From Eledone cirrhosa (Eukaryota): 64,000 nt of DNA. Below the pieces are notes generated by a model that was given only the letters and a program-made list of their open reading frames with translations, had not been told where the DNA came from and ran no database searches. The stretch lies in contig OZ024743.1 of assembly GCA_964016885.1 (NCBI GenBank), forward strand, positions 210,490,001-210,554,000. The letters run 5' to 3'. This document shows, one piece after another, positions 1 through 13,923 of the stretch; within the stretch, counting starts at the first letter, position 1; the number at the start of each line of letters is the position of its first letter. Position numbers and translations under genes: made by a program.

Positions 1-3000
1 AGCAGTTTACCATCCTATAGCCACAGATGAAAGCTCTTCACTCCATAAGATATACCACAGTTTACCACCCTATAGCCAGATGAAAGCTCTTCACTCCATA
101 AGATATACCAGTTTACCATCCTATAGCCACAGATGAAAGCTCTTCACTCCACAAGATATACCACAGTTCACCACCCTATAGCCAGATGAAAGCTCTTCAC
201 TCCATAAGATATACCACAGTTTACCATCCTATAGCCACACATGAAAGCTCTTCACTCCATAAGATATACCACAGTTTACCATCATATAGCCACAGATGAA
301 TGCACATCACTCCATAAGATATACCACAGTTTACCATCCTATAGCCACAGATGAAAGCTCTTCACCCCATAAGTTATACCACAGTTTACCATTCTATATC
401 CAGATGAAAGCTCTTCACTCCATAAGATATACCACAGTTTACCATCCTATAGCCACACATGAAAGCTCTTCACTCCATAAGATATACCACAGTTTACCAT
501 CCTATAGCGAGATGAAAGCTCTTCACCCCATAAGATATACCACAGTTTACCATCCTGTAGCAAGATTAAAGCTCTTCACTCCATAAGATATACCACAGTT
601 TACCATCCTATAGCCACACATGAAAGATCTTCACTGCATAAGATATACCACAGTTTACCATCCTATAGCCACACATGAAAGCTCTTCACTCCATAAGATA
701 TACCACAGTTTACCATCCTATAGCCAGATGAAAGCTCTTCACTCCATAAGATATACCACAGTTTACCATCCTATGGCCACGCATGAAAACTCTTCACTCC
801 ATAAGATATACCACAGTTTAACATCCTATAGCCACAGATGAAAGCTCTTCACTCCATAAGATATACTACAGTTTACCATCCTATAGCCAGATGAAAGCTC
901 TTCACTCCATAAGATATACCACAGTTTACCATCCTATAGCCACAGATGAAAGCTCTTCACTCCATAATATATACCACAGTTTACCATCCTATAGCAAGAT
1001 GAAAGCTCTTCACTCCATAAGATATACCACAGTTTACCATCCTATAGCCAGACATGAAAGCTCTTCACTCCATAAGATATACCACAGTTTACCATCCTAT
1101 AGCCACAGATGAAATCTCTTCACTCCATAAGATATACCACAATTTACCATCCTATGGCCACACATGAAAGCTCTTCACTCCATAGGATATACCACAGTTT
1201 ACCATCCTATAGCCAGATGAAATCTCTTCACTCCATAAGATATATCACAGTTTACCTCCTATAGCCACAGATGAAAGCTCTTCACTCCATAAGATATACC
1301 ACAGTTTACTATCCTATGGCCACAAATGAAAGCTCTTCACTCCATAAGATATACCACAGTTTACCATCCTATAGCCACACATGAAAGCTCTTCACTCCAT
1401 AAGAATTACCACAGTTTACCATTCTATGTCCACACATGAAAGCTCTTCAGCCCATAAGATATACCACAGTTTACCATCCTAATGGCTACCCATGAAAGCT
1501 CTTCACTCCATAAGATATACCACAGTTTACCATCCTATAGCCACAGATGAACGCTCTTCACTCCATAAGATATACCACAGTTTACCATCCTATAGCCACA
1601 GATGAAAGCTCTTCACTCCATAAGATATACCACAGTTTACCATCCTATAGCGAGATGAAAGCTCTTCACCCCATAAGATATACCACAGTTTACCATCCTG
1701 TAGCAAGATTAAAGCTCTTCACTCCATAAGATATACCACAGTTTACCATCCTATAGCCACACATGAAAGATCTTCACTGCATAAGATATACCACAGTTTA
1801 CCATCCTATAGCCACACATGAAAGCTCTTCACTCCATAAGATATACCACAGTTTACCATCCTATAGCCAGATGAAAGCTCTTCACTCCATAAGATATACC
1901 ACAGTTTACCATCCTATGGCCACGAATGAAAACTCTTCACTCCATAAGATATACCACAGTTTAACATCCTATAGCCACAGATGAAAGCTCTTCACTCCAT
2001 AAGATATACTACAGTTTACCATCCTATAGCCAGATGAAAGCTCTTCACTCCATAAGATATACCACAGTTTACCATCCTATAGCCACAGATGAAAGCTCTT
2101 TACACCATGAGATATACCACAGTTTACCATCCTATAGCCAGATGAAAGCTCTTCACTCCATAAGATATACCACAGATTACCATCCTATCTCCACAGATGA
2201 AAGCTCTTCAGTCCATAAGATATACCACAGTTTACCATCCTATGGCCACACATGAAAGCTCTTCACCCATAAGATATACCACAGTTTACCATCCTTTCGC
2301 AAGATGAAAGCTCTTCACTCCATAGGATATACCACAGTTTACCATCCTATAGCCACACATGAAAGCTCGTCACTCCATAAGATATACCACAGTTTACTAT
2401 CCTATTGCCAGATGAAAACTCCTCACTCCATAAGATATAGAAGTTTACCATCCTATAGCCACAGATGAAAGCTCTTCACTCCATAAGATATGCCACAGTT
2501 TACCACCCTATAGCCAGATGAAAGCTCTTCACTCCATAAGATATACCAGTTTACCATCCTATAGCCACAGATGAAAGCTCTTCACTCCATAAGATATACC
2601 ACAGTTCACCACCCTATAGCCAGATGAAAGCTCTTCACTCCATAAGATATACCACAGTTTACCATCCTATAGCCACACATGAAAGCTCTTCACTCCATAA
2701 GATATACCACAGTTTACCATCCTATAGCCACAGATGAAAGCTCTTCACCCCATAAGATATACCACAGTTTACCATTCTATATCCAGATGAAAGCTCTTCA
2801 CTCCATAAGATATACCACAGTTTACCATCCTATAGCCACACATGAAAGCTCTTCAATCCATAAGATATACCACAGTTTACCATCCTATGGCCACACATGA
2901 AAGCTCTTCACTCCATAAGATATACCACAGTTTACCATCCTATGGCCACAGATGAAAGCTCTTCACTCCATAAGATATACCACAGTTTACCATCCTATAG

Positions 3001-6000
3001 CCACACATGAAAGCTCTTCACTCCATAAGATATACCACAGTTTACCATCCTATGGCCACACATGAATGCTCTGCACCCCATAAGATATACCACAGTTTAC
3101 CACCCTATGGCCATACATGAAAGCTCTTCAATCCATAAGATATACCACAGTTTACCATCCTATGGCCACACATGAAAGCTCTTCACTCCATAAGATATAC
3201 CACAGTTTACCACCCTATGGCCATACATGAAAGCTCTTCACTCCATAAGATATACCACAGTTTACCATCCTATAGCCACAGATGAAAGCTCTTCACTCCA
3301 TAAGATATAGCAGTTTACCATCCTATAGCCACAGATGAAAGCTCTTCACTCCATAAGATATACCACAGTTTACCACCCTATAGCCAGATGAAAGCTCTTC
3401 ACTCCATAAGATATACCAGTTTACCATCCTTTCGCAAGATGAAAGCTCTTCACTCCATAGGATATACCACAGTTTACCATCCTATAGCCACACATGAAAG
3501 CTCGTCACTCCATAAGATATACCACAGTTTACTATCCTATTGTCAGATGAAAACTCTTCACTCCATAAGATATAGCAGTTTACCATCCTATAGCCACAGA
3601 TGAAAGCTCTTCACTCCATAAGATATACCACAGTTTACCACCCTATAGCCAGATGAAAGCTCTTCACTCCATAAGATATACCAGTTTACCATCCTATAGC
3701 CACAGATGAAAGCTCTTCACTCCACAAGATATACCACAGTTCACCACCCTATAGCCAGATGAAAGCTCTTCACTCCATAAGATATACCACAGTTTACCAT
3801 CCTATAGCCACACATGAAAGCTCTTCACTCCATAAGATATACCACAATTTACCATCATATAGCCACAGATGAATGCACATCACTCCATAAGATATACCAC
3901 AGTTTACCATCCTATAGCCACAGATGAAAGCTCTTCACCCCATAAGTTATACCACAGTTTACCATTCTATATCCAGATGAAAGCTCTTCACTCCATAAGA
4001 TATACCACAGTTTACCATCCTATAGCCACACATGAAAGCTCTTCACTCCATAAGATATACCACAGTTTACCATCCTATAGCGAGATGAAAGCTCTTCACC
4101 CCATAAGATATACCACAGTTTACCATCCTGTAGCAAGATTAAAGCTCTTCACTCCATAAGATATACCACAGTTTACCATCCTATAGCCACACATGAAAGA
4201 TCTTCACTGCATAAGATATACCACAGTTTACCATCCTATAGCCAGATGAAAGCTCTTCACTCCATAAGATATACCACAGTTTACCATCCTATGGCCACGC
4301 ATGAAAACTCTTCACTCCATAAGATATACCACAGTTTAACATCCTATAGCCACAGATGAAAGCTCTTCCCTCCATAAGATATACTACAGTTTACCATCCT
4401 ATAGCCAGATGAAAGCTCTTCACTCCATAAGATATACCACAGTTTACCATCCTATAGCCACAGATGAAAGCTCTTCACTCCATAATATATACCACAGTTT
4501 ACCATCCTATAGCAAGATGAAAGCTCTTCACTCCATAAGATATACCATAGTTTACCATCCTATAGCCAGACATGAAAGCTCTTCACTCCATAAGATATAC
4601 CACAGTTTACCATCCTATAGCCACAGATGAAATCTCTTCACTCCATAAGATATACCACAATTTACCATCCTATGGCCACACATGAAAGCTCTTCACTCCA
4701 TAGGATATACCACAGTTTACCATCCTATAGCCAGATGAAATCTCTTCACTCCATAAGATATATCACAGTTTACCTCCTATAGCCACAGATGAAAGCTCTT
4801 CACTCCATAAGATATACCACAGTTTACTATCCTATGGCCACAAATGAAAGCTCTTCACTCCATAAGATATACCACAGTTTACCATCCTATAGCCACACAT
4901 GAAAGCTCTTCACTCCATAAGAATTACCACAGTTTACCATTCTATGTCCACACATGAAAGCTCTTCAGCCCATAAGATATACCACAGTTTACCATCCTAA
5001 TGGCTACCCATGAAAGCTCTTCACTCCATAAGATATACCACAGTTTACCATCCTATAGCCACAGATGAACGCTCTTCACTCCATAAGATATACCACAGTT
5101 TACCATCCTATAGCCACAGATGAAAGCTCTTCACTCCATAAGATATACCACAGTTTACCATCCTATAGCGAGATGAAAGCTCTTCACCCCATAAGATATA
5201 CCACAGTTTACCATCCTGTAGCAAGATTAAAGCTCTTCACTCCATAAGATATACCACAGTTTACCATCCTATAGCCACACATGAAAGATCTTCACTGCAT
5301 AAGATATACCACAGTTTACCATCCTATAGCCACACATGAAAGCTCTTCACTCCATAAGATATACCACAGTTTACCATCCTATAGCCAGATGAAAGCTCTT
5401 CACTCCATAAGATATACCACAGTTTACCATCCTATGGCCACGAATGAAAACTCTTCACTCCATAAGATATACCACAGTTTAACATCCTATAGCCACAGAT
5501 GAAAGCTCTTCACTCCATAAGATATACTACAGTTTACCATCCTATAGCCAGATGAAAGCTCTTCACTCCATAAGATATACCACAGTTTACCATCCTATAG
5601 CCACAGATGAAAGCTCTTTACACCATGAGATCTACCACAGTTTACCATCCTATAGCCAGATGAAAGCTCTTCACTCCATAAGATATACCACATATTACCA
5701 TCCTATCTCCACAGATGAAAGCTCTTCAGTCCATAAGATATACCACAGTTTACCATCCTATGGCCACACATGAAAGCTCTTCACCCATAAGATATACCAC
5801 AGTTTACCATCCTTTCGCAAGATGAAAGCTCTTCACTCCATAGGATATACCACAGTTTACCATCCTATAGCCACACATGAAAGCTCGTCACTCCATAAGA
5901 TATACCACAGTTTACTATCCTATTGCCAGATGAAAACTCTTCACTCCATAAGATATAGAAGTTTACCATCCTATAGCCACAGATGAAAGCTCTTCACTCC

Positions 6001-6860
6001 ATAAGATATGCCACAGTTTACCACCCTATAGCCAGATGAAAGCTCTTCACTCCATAAGATATACCAGTTTACCATCCTATAGCCACAGATGAAAGCTCTT
6101 CACTCCATAAGATATACCACAGTTCACCACCCTATAGCCAGATGAAAGCCCTTCACTCCATAAGATATACCACAGTTTACCATCCTATAGCCACACATGA
6201 AAGCTCTTCACTCCATGAGATATACCACAGTTTACCATCATATAGCCACAGATGAATGCACATCACTCCATAAGATATACCACAGTTTACCATCCTATAG
6301 CCACAGATGAAAGCTCTTCACCCCATAAGATATACCACAGTTTACCATTCTATATCCAGATGAAAGCTCTTCACTCCATAAGATATACCACAGTTTACCA
6401 TCCTATAGCCACACATGAAAGCTCTTCAATCCATAAGATATACCACAGTTTACCATCCTATGGCCACACATGAAAGCTCTTCACTCCATAAGATATACCA
6501 CAGTTTACCATCCTATGGCCACAGATGAAAGCTCTTCACTCCATAAGATATACCACAGTTTACCATCCTATAGCCACAGATGAAAGCTCTTCACTCCATA
6601 AGATATACCACAGTTTACCATCCTATGGCCACACATGAATGCTCTGCACCCCATAAGATATACCACAGTTTACCACCCTATGGCCATACATGAAAGTTCT
6701 TCAATCCATAAGATATACCACAGTTTACCATCCTATGGCCACACATGAAAGCTCTTCACTCCATAAGATATACCACAGTTTACCACCCTATGGCCATACA
6801 TGAAAGCTCTTCACTCCATAAGATATACCACAGTTTACCATCCTATAGCCACAGATGAAA
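1..6860 (+). repeat. Two tandem copies of a ~3.5-kb HOR (offset 3573/3518)
   Basis: Position 1 matches 3574. ORF pairs 296/3869 give offset 3573, and 891/4409, 1547/5065, 2034/5552 give 3518. The arrangement is repeated at 13924-20840. Confidence 0.9.
480..2090 (+). repeat. ~1.14-kb (about 21-monomer) HOR, partial tandem duplication
   Basis: The cassette 'gcgag/cctgtagcaagattaaag/gatcttcactgc/tttaacatcc/tatactacag' recurs at offset 1143 (ORFs 620/1763, 891/2034). Confidence 0.85.
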
Positions 6861-9800
6861 GCTGTTCACTCCATAAGATATACGATAGTTTACCATCCTA
6901 TAGCCACAGATGAAAGCTCTGCACCCCATAAGATATACCACAGTTTACCATCCTATGGCCACACATGAATGCTCTGCACCCCATAAGATATACCACAGTT
7001 TACCATCCTATGGTCACACATGAATGCTCTGCACCCCATAAGATATACCACAGTTTACCATCCTATGGCCACACATGAAAGCTCTTCACTCCATCAGATA
7101 TACCACAGTTTACCATCCTATGGCCACACATGAAAGCTCTTCACCCCATAAGATATACCACAGTTTACCATCCTATAGCCAGATGAAAGCTCTTCACTCC
7201 ATAAGTTATACCAGATTTTACCATCCTATAGCCACAGATGAAAGCTCTTCACCCCATAAGATATACCACAGTTTACAATCCTATGGCCACAGATGAAAGC
7301 TCTTCACTCCATAAGATATACCACAGTTTACCATCCTATATCCAGATGAAAGCTCTTCACTCCATAAGATATACCACAGTATACCATCCTATATCCAGAT
7401 GAAAGCTCTTCACTCCATAAGATATACCAGAGTTTACCATCATATAGCCACAGATGAAAGCTCTTCACTCCATAAGATATACCACAGTTTACCATCCTAT
7501 GGCCACAGATGAAAGCTCTTCACTCCATAAGATATACCACAGTTTACCATCCTATGGCCACAGATGAAAGCTCTTCATTCCATAAGTTATACCACAGTGT
7601 ACCATCCTATAGCGGGATGAAAGCTCTTCACTCCATAAATATACCACAGTCTACCATCCAATAGTCACACATGAAAGCTCTTCACTCCATAAGATATACC
7701 ACAGTTCACCATCCTATAGCCACAGATGAAAGCTCTTCACTCCATAAGATATACCACAGTTTACCATCCTATAGCCACACATGAAAGCTCTTCACTCCAT
7801 AAGATATACCACAGTTTACCATCCTATAGCCACAGATGAAAGCTCTTCACTCCATAAGATATAACACAGTTTACCATCCTATGGCCACAGATGAAAGCTC
7901 TTCACTCCATAGGATATACCACAGTTTACCATCCTATAGCCACACATGAAAGCTCTTCACTCCATAGGATATACCACAGTTTACAATCCTATAGCCACAC
8001 ATGAAAGCTCTTAACTCCATAACCATAGTTTACCATTCTATAGCCACACATGAAAGCTCTTCACTCCATAAGATATACCACAGTTTACCATCCTATAGCC
8101 ACAGATGAAAGCTCTTTACACCATGAGATATACCACAGTTTACCATCCTATAGCCAGATGAAAGCTCTTCACTCCATAAGATATACCACAGTTTACCATC
8201 CTATCTCCACAGATGAAAGCTCTTCAGTCCATAAGATATACCACAGTTTACCATCCTATGGCCACACATGAAAGCTCTTCACCCATAAGATATACCACAG
8301 TTTACCATCCTTTCGCAAGATGAAAGCTCTTCACTCCATAGGATATACCACAGTTTACCATCCTATAGCCACACATGAAAGCTCGTCACTCCATAAGATA
8401 TACCACAGTTTGGCATCCTATAGCCAGATGAAAACTCTTCACTCCATAAGATATACCACAGTTTACCATACTATATCCAGATGAAAGCTCTTCACTCCAT
8501 AAGATATACCACAGTTTACCATCCTATAGCCACACATGAAAGCTTTTCACTCTATAAGATATACAGCAGTTTACCATCCTATGGCCACAGAGGAAAGCTC
8601 TTCACTCCATAAGATATACCACAGTTTACCATCCTATAGCCACAGATGAAAGCACTTCACTCCATAAGATATACCACAGTTTACCATCCTATAGCCACAC
8701 ATGAAAGCTCTTCACTCCATAAGATATACCACAGTTTAACATCCTATAGCCACACATGAAAGCTCTTCACTCCATAAGATATACCACAGTTTACCATCCT
8801 GTAGCCAGATGAAAGCTCTTTACTCCATAAGATATACCACAGTTTACCATCCTATAGCCACACATGAAACTCTTCACTCCATAGGATATACCAAAGTTTA
8901 CCATCCTATAGCCACACATGAAAGCTCTTCACTCCATAGGATATACCACAGTTTACCATCCTATAGCCACACGGGAAAGCTCTTCACTCCATAAGATATA
9001 CGACAGTTTACCATCCTATAGCCACAGATGAAAGCTCTTCACCCCATAAGATATACTACAGTTTACCATCCTATAGCCAGATGAAAGCTCTTCACTCCAT
9101 AAATATAGCACAGTTTACCATCCTATAGCCACAGATGAAAGCTCTTCACTCCATAAGATATACCACAGTTTACCATCCTATAGCCACACATGAAAGCTCT
9201 TCACTCCATAAGATATACCACAGTTTACCATCCTGTAGCCAGATGAAAGCTCTTCATTCCATAAGATATACCACAGTTTACCATCCTATAGCCACACATG
9301 AAAGCTCTTCACTCCATAAGATATACCACAGTTTAACATCCTAGAGCCACACATGAAAGCTCTTCACTCCATAAGATATACCACAGTTTACCATCCTGTA
9401 GCCAGATGAAAGCTCTTCACTCTATAAGATATACCACAGTTTACCATCCTATAGCCAGATGAAAGCACTTCACTCCATAAGATATACCAGTTTACCATCC
9501 TAAGGCCACAGATGAAAGCTCTTCGCTCCATAAGATATACCACAGTTTACCACCCTATAGCCAGATGAGAGATCTTCACTCCATAAGATATACCAGTTTA
9601 CCATCCTATAGCCACAGATGAAAGCTCTTCACTCCATAAGATATACCACAGTTTACCATCCTATAGCCACAGATGAATGCTCTTCATTCCATAAGATATA
9701 CCAGTTTACCATCCTATAGCCACAGATGAAAGCTCTTCGCTCCATAAGATATACCTCAGTTTACCATCCTATAGCCACACATGAAAGCTCTTCACTCCAT

Positions 9801-11734
9801 AAGATATACCACAGTTTAACATCCTAGAGCCACACATGAAAGCTCTTCACTCTATAAGATATACCACAGTTTACCATCCTATAGCCAGATGAAAGCTCTT
9901 CACTCCATAAGATATACCACAGATTACCATCCTGTAGCCAGATGAAAGCTCTTCACTCCATAAGATATACAACAGTTTACCAACCTATAGCCACAGATGA
10001 AAGCTCTTCACTCCATAAGATATACCACAGTTTACCATCCTATAGCCAGATGAAAGCTCTTCACTCCATAAGATATACCACAGTTTACCATCCTATAGCC
10101 ACACATTAAAGCTCTTCACTCCATAAGATATACCACAGTTTACCAACCTATAGCCACAGATGAAAGCTCTTCACTCCATAAGTTATACCACAGTTTACCA
10201 TCCTATAGTCAGATGAAAGCTCTTCATTCCATAAGATATACCAGTTTACCATCATATAGCCACAGATGAAAGCTCTTCACTCCATAAGATATACCACAGT
10301 TTACCATCCTATAGCCAGATGAAAGCTCTTCACTCCATAAGATATAACACATTCTACCATCCTATAGCCAGCTGAAACACTTCACTCCATAAGATATACC
10401 ACAGTTTACCATCCTATAGCCACAGATGAAAGCTCTTCACTCCATAAGATATACCACAGTTTACCATCCTATAGCCACACATGAAAGCTCTTCACTCCAT
10501 AAGATATACCACAGTTTACCATCCTATAGCCATACATGAAAGCTCTTTATTCCATAAGATATACCACAGTTTACCATCTTATAGCCACACATGAAAGCTC
10601 TTCACTCCATAAGATATACCACAGTTTACCATCCTATAGCCATGCATGAAAGCTCTTCAGTCCATAAGATATACCACAGTTTACCATCCTATAGCCACAG
10701 ATGAAAGCTCTTCACTCCATAATATATACCACAGTTTACCATCCGATAGCGAGATGAAAGCTCTTCACTCCATAAGATATACCACGGTTTACCATCCTAT
10801 AGCCACACATGAAAGCTGTTCACTCCATAAGATATACCACAGTTTACCATCCTATAGCCACAGATGAAAGCTCTTCACTCCATAAGATATACCACAGTTT
10901 ACCATCCTATGGCCACACATGAAAGCTCTTCACTCCATAAGATATACCACAGTTTACCATCCTATAGCCACACATGAAACTCTTCACTCCATAGGATATA
11001 CCACAGTTTACCATCCTATAGCCATACATGAAAGCTCTTCAGTCCATAAGATATACCACAGTTTACCATCCTATAGCCACACATGAAAGCTCTTCACTCC
11101 ATAAGAATTACCACAGTTTACCATTCTATGTCCACACATGAAAGCTCTTCAGCCCATAAGATATACCACAGTTTACCATCCTATGGCTACCCATGAAAGC
11201 TCTTCACTCCATAAGATATACCACAGTTTACCATCCTATAGCCACAGATGAACGCTCTTCACTCCATAAGATATACCACAGTTTACCATCCTATAGCCAC
11301 AGATGAAAGCTCTTCACTCCATAAGATATACCACAGTTTACCATCCTATAGCGAGATGAAAGCTCTTCACCCCATAAGATATACCACAGTTTACCATCCT
11401 GTAGCAAGATTAAAGCTCTTCACTCCATAAGATATACCACAGTTTACCATCCTATAGCCACACATGAAAGATCTTCACTGCATAAGATATACCACAGTTT
11501 ACCATCCTATAGCCACACATGAAAGCTCTTCACTCCATAAGATATACCACAGTTTACCATCCTATAGCCAGATGAAAGCTCTTCACCCCATAAGATATAC
11601 CACAGTTTACCATCCTGTAGCAAGATTAAAGCTCTTCACTCCATAAGATATACCACAGTTTACCATCCTATAGCCACACATGAAAGATCTTCACTGCATA
11701 AGATATACCACAGTTTACCATCCTATAGCCACAC

Positions 11735-13370
11735 ATGAAAGATCTTCACTGCATAAGATATACCACAGTTTACCATCCTATAGCCACACATGAAAGCTCT
11801 TCACTCCATAAGATATACCACAGTTTACCATCCTATAGCCAGATGAAAGCTCTTCACTCCATAAGATATACCACAGTTTACCATTCTATGGCCACGCATG
11901 AAAACTCTTCACTCCATAAGATATACCACAGTTTAACATCCTATAGCCACAGATGAAAGCTCTTCCCTCCATAAGATATACTACAGTTTACCATCCTATA
12001 GCCAGATGAAAGCTCTTCACTCCATAAGATATACCACAGTTTACCATCCTATAGCCACAGATGAAAGCTCTTCACTCCATAATATATACCACAGTTTACC
12101 ATCCTATAGCAAGATGAAAGCTCTTCACTCTATAAGATATACCACAGTTTACCATCCTATAGCCAGACATGAAAGCTCTTCACTCCATAAGATATACCAC
12201 AGTTTACCATCCTATAGCCACAGATGAAATCTCTTCACTCCATAAGATATACCACAGTTTACCATCCTATGGCCACACATGAAAGCTCTTCACTCCATAG
12301 GATATACCACAGTTTACCATCCTATAGCCAGATGAAATCTCTTCACTCCATAAGATATATCACAGTTTACCTCCTATAGCCACAGATGAAAGCTCTTCAC
12401 TCCATAAGATATACCACAGTTTACTATCCTATGGCCACAAATGAAAGCTCTTCACTCCATAAGATATACCACAGTTTACCATCCTATAGCCACACATGAA
12501 AGCTCTTCACTCCATAAGAATTACCACAGTTTACCATTCTATGTCCACACATGAAAGCTCTTCAGCCCATAAGATATACCACAGTTTACCATCCTATGGC
12601 TACCCATGAAAGCTCTTCACTCCATAAGATATACCACAGTTTACCATCCTATAGCCACAGATGAACGCTCTTCACTCCATAAGATATACCACAGTTTACC
12701 ATCCTATAGCCACAGATGAAAGCTCTTCACTCCATAAGATATACCACAGTTTACCATCCTATAGCGAGATGAAAGCTCTTCACCCCATAAGATATACCAC
12801 AGTTTACCATCCTGTAGCAAGATTAAAGCTCTTCACTCCATAAGATATACCACAGTTTACCATCCTATAGCCACACATGAAAGATCTTCACTGCATAAGA
12901 TATACCACAGTTTACCATCCTATAGCCACACATGAAAGCTCTTCACTCCATAAGATATACCACAGTTTACCATCCTATAGCCAGATGAAAGCTCTTCACT
13001 CCATAAGATATACCACAGTTTACCATCCTATGGCCACGCATGAAAACTCTTCACTCCATAAGATATACCACAGTTTAACATCCTATAGCCACAGATGAAA
13101 GCTCTTCACTCCATAAGATATACTACAGTTTACCATCCTATAGCCAGATGAAAGCTCTTCACTCCATAAGATATACCACAGTTTACCATCCTATAGCCAC
13201 AGATGAAAGCTCTTCACTCCATAATATATACCACAGTTTACCATCCTATAGCAAGATGAAAGCTCTTCACTCCATAAGATATACCACAGTTTACCATCCT
13301 ATAGCCAGACATGAAAGCTCTTCACTCCATAAGATATACCACAGTTTACCATCCTATAGCCACACATGAA
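11735..13370 (+). repeat. 1142-bp version of the same ~21-monomer HOR
   Basis: ORF pairs 11735/12877 and 12006/13148 have offset 1142. This version lacks the extra A of 'cctaatggctaccc'. Confidence 0.85.
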
Positions 13371-13923
13371 AGCTCTTTACTCCATAGGATATACCACAGT
13401 TTACCATCCTATAGCCACACATGAAAGCTCTTCACTCCATAACCATAGTTTACCATTCTATAGCCACACATGAAAGCTCTTCACTCCATAACCATAGTTT
13501 ACCATTCTATAGCCACACATGAAAGCTCTTCACTCCATAAGATATACCACAGTTTACCATCCTATAGCCACAGATCAAAGCTCTTTACACCATGAGATAT
13601 ACCACAGTTTACCATCCTATAGCCAGATGAAAGCTCTTCACTCCATAAGATATACCACAGATTACCATCCTATCTCCACAGATGAAAGCTCTTCAGTCCA
13701 TAAGATATACCACAGTTTACCATCCTATGGCCACACATGAAAGCTCTTCACCCATAAGATATACCACAGTTTACCATCCTTTCGCAAGATGAAAGCTCTT
13801 CACTCCATAGGATATACCACAGTTTACCATCCTATAGCCACACATGAAAGCTCGTCACTCCATAAGATATACCACAGTTTACTATCCTATTGTCAGATGA
13901 AAACTCTTCACTCCATAAGATAT

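Larger units (their letters stand above)
1..11080 (+). repeat. Copy A of ~13.9-kb-offset near-identical higher-order duplication
   Basis: Matches 13924-24950 at offsets 13923 (ORFs 296/14219, 2034/15957), 13978 (3388/17366 through 9135/23113) and 13872 (10646/24518). Rare variant monomers occur in identical order. Confidence 0.95.

Noticed and set aside
242-254. Heat-shock element or LexA-like box from GAA...TTC
   Set aside because: The spacing is GAA-N5-TTC rather than nGAAnnTTCn, there is no third unit, and it does not match GAAC-N4-GTTC.
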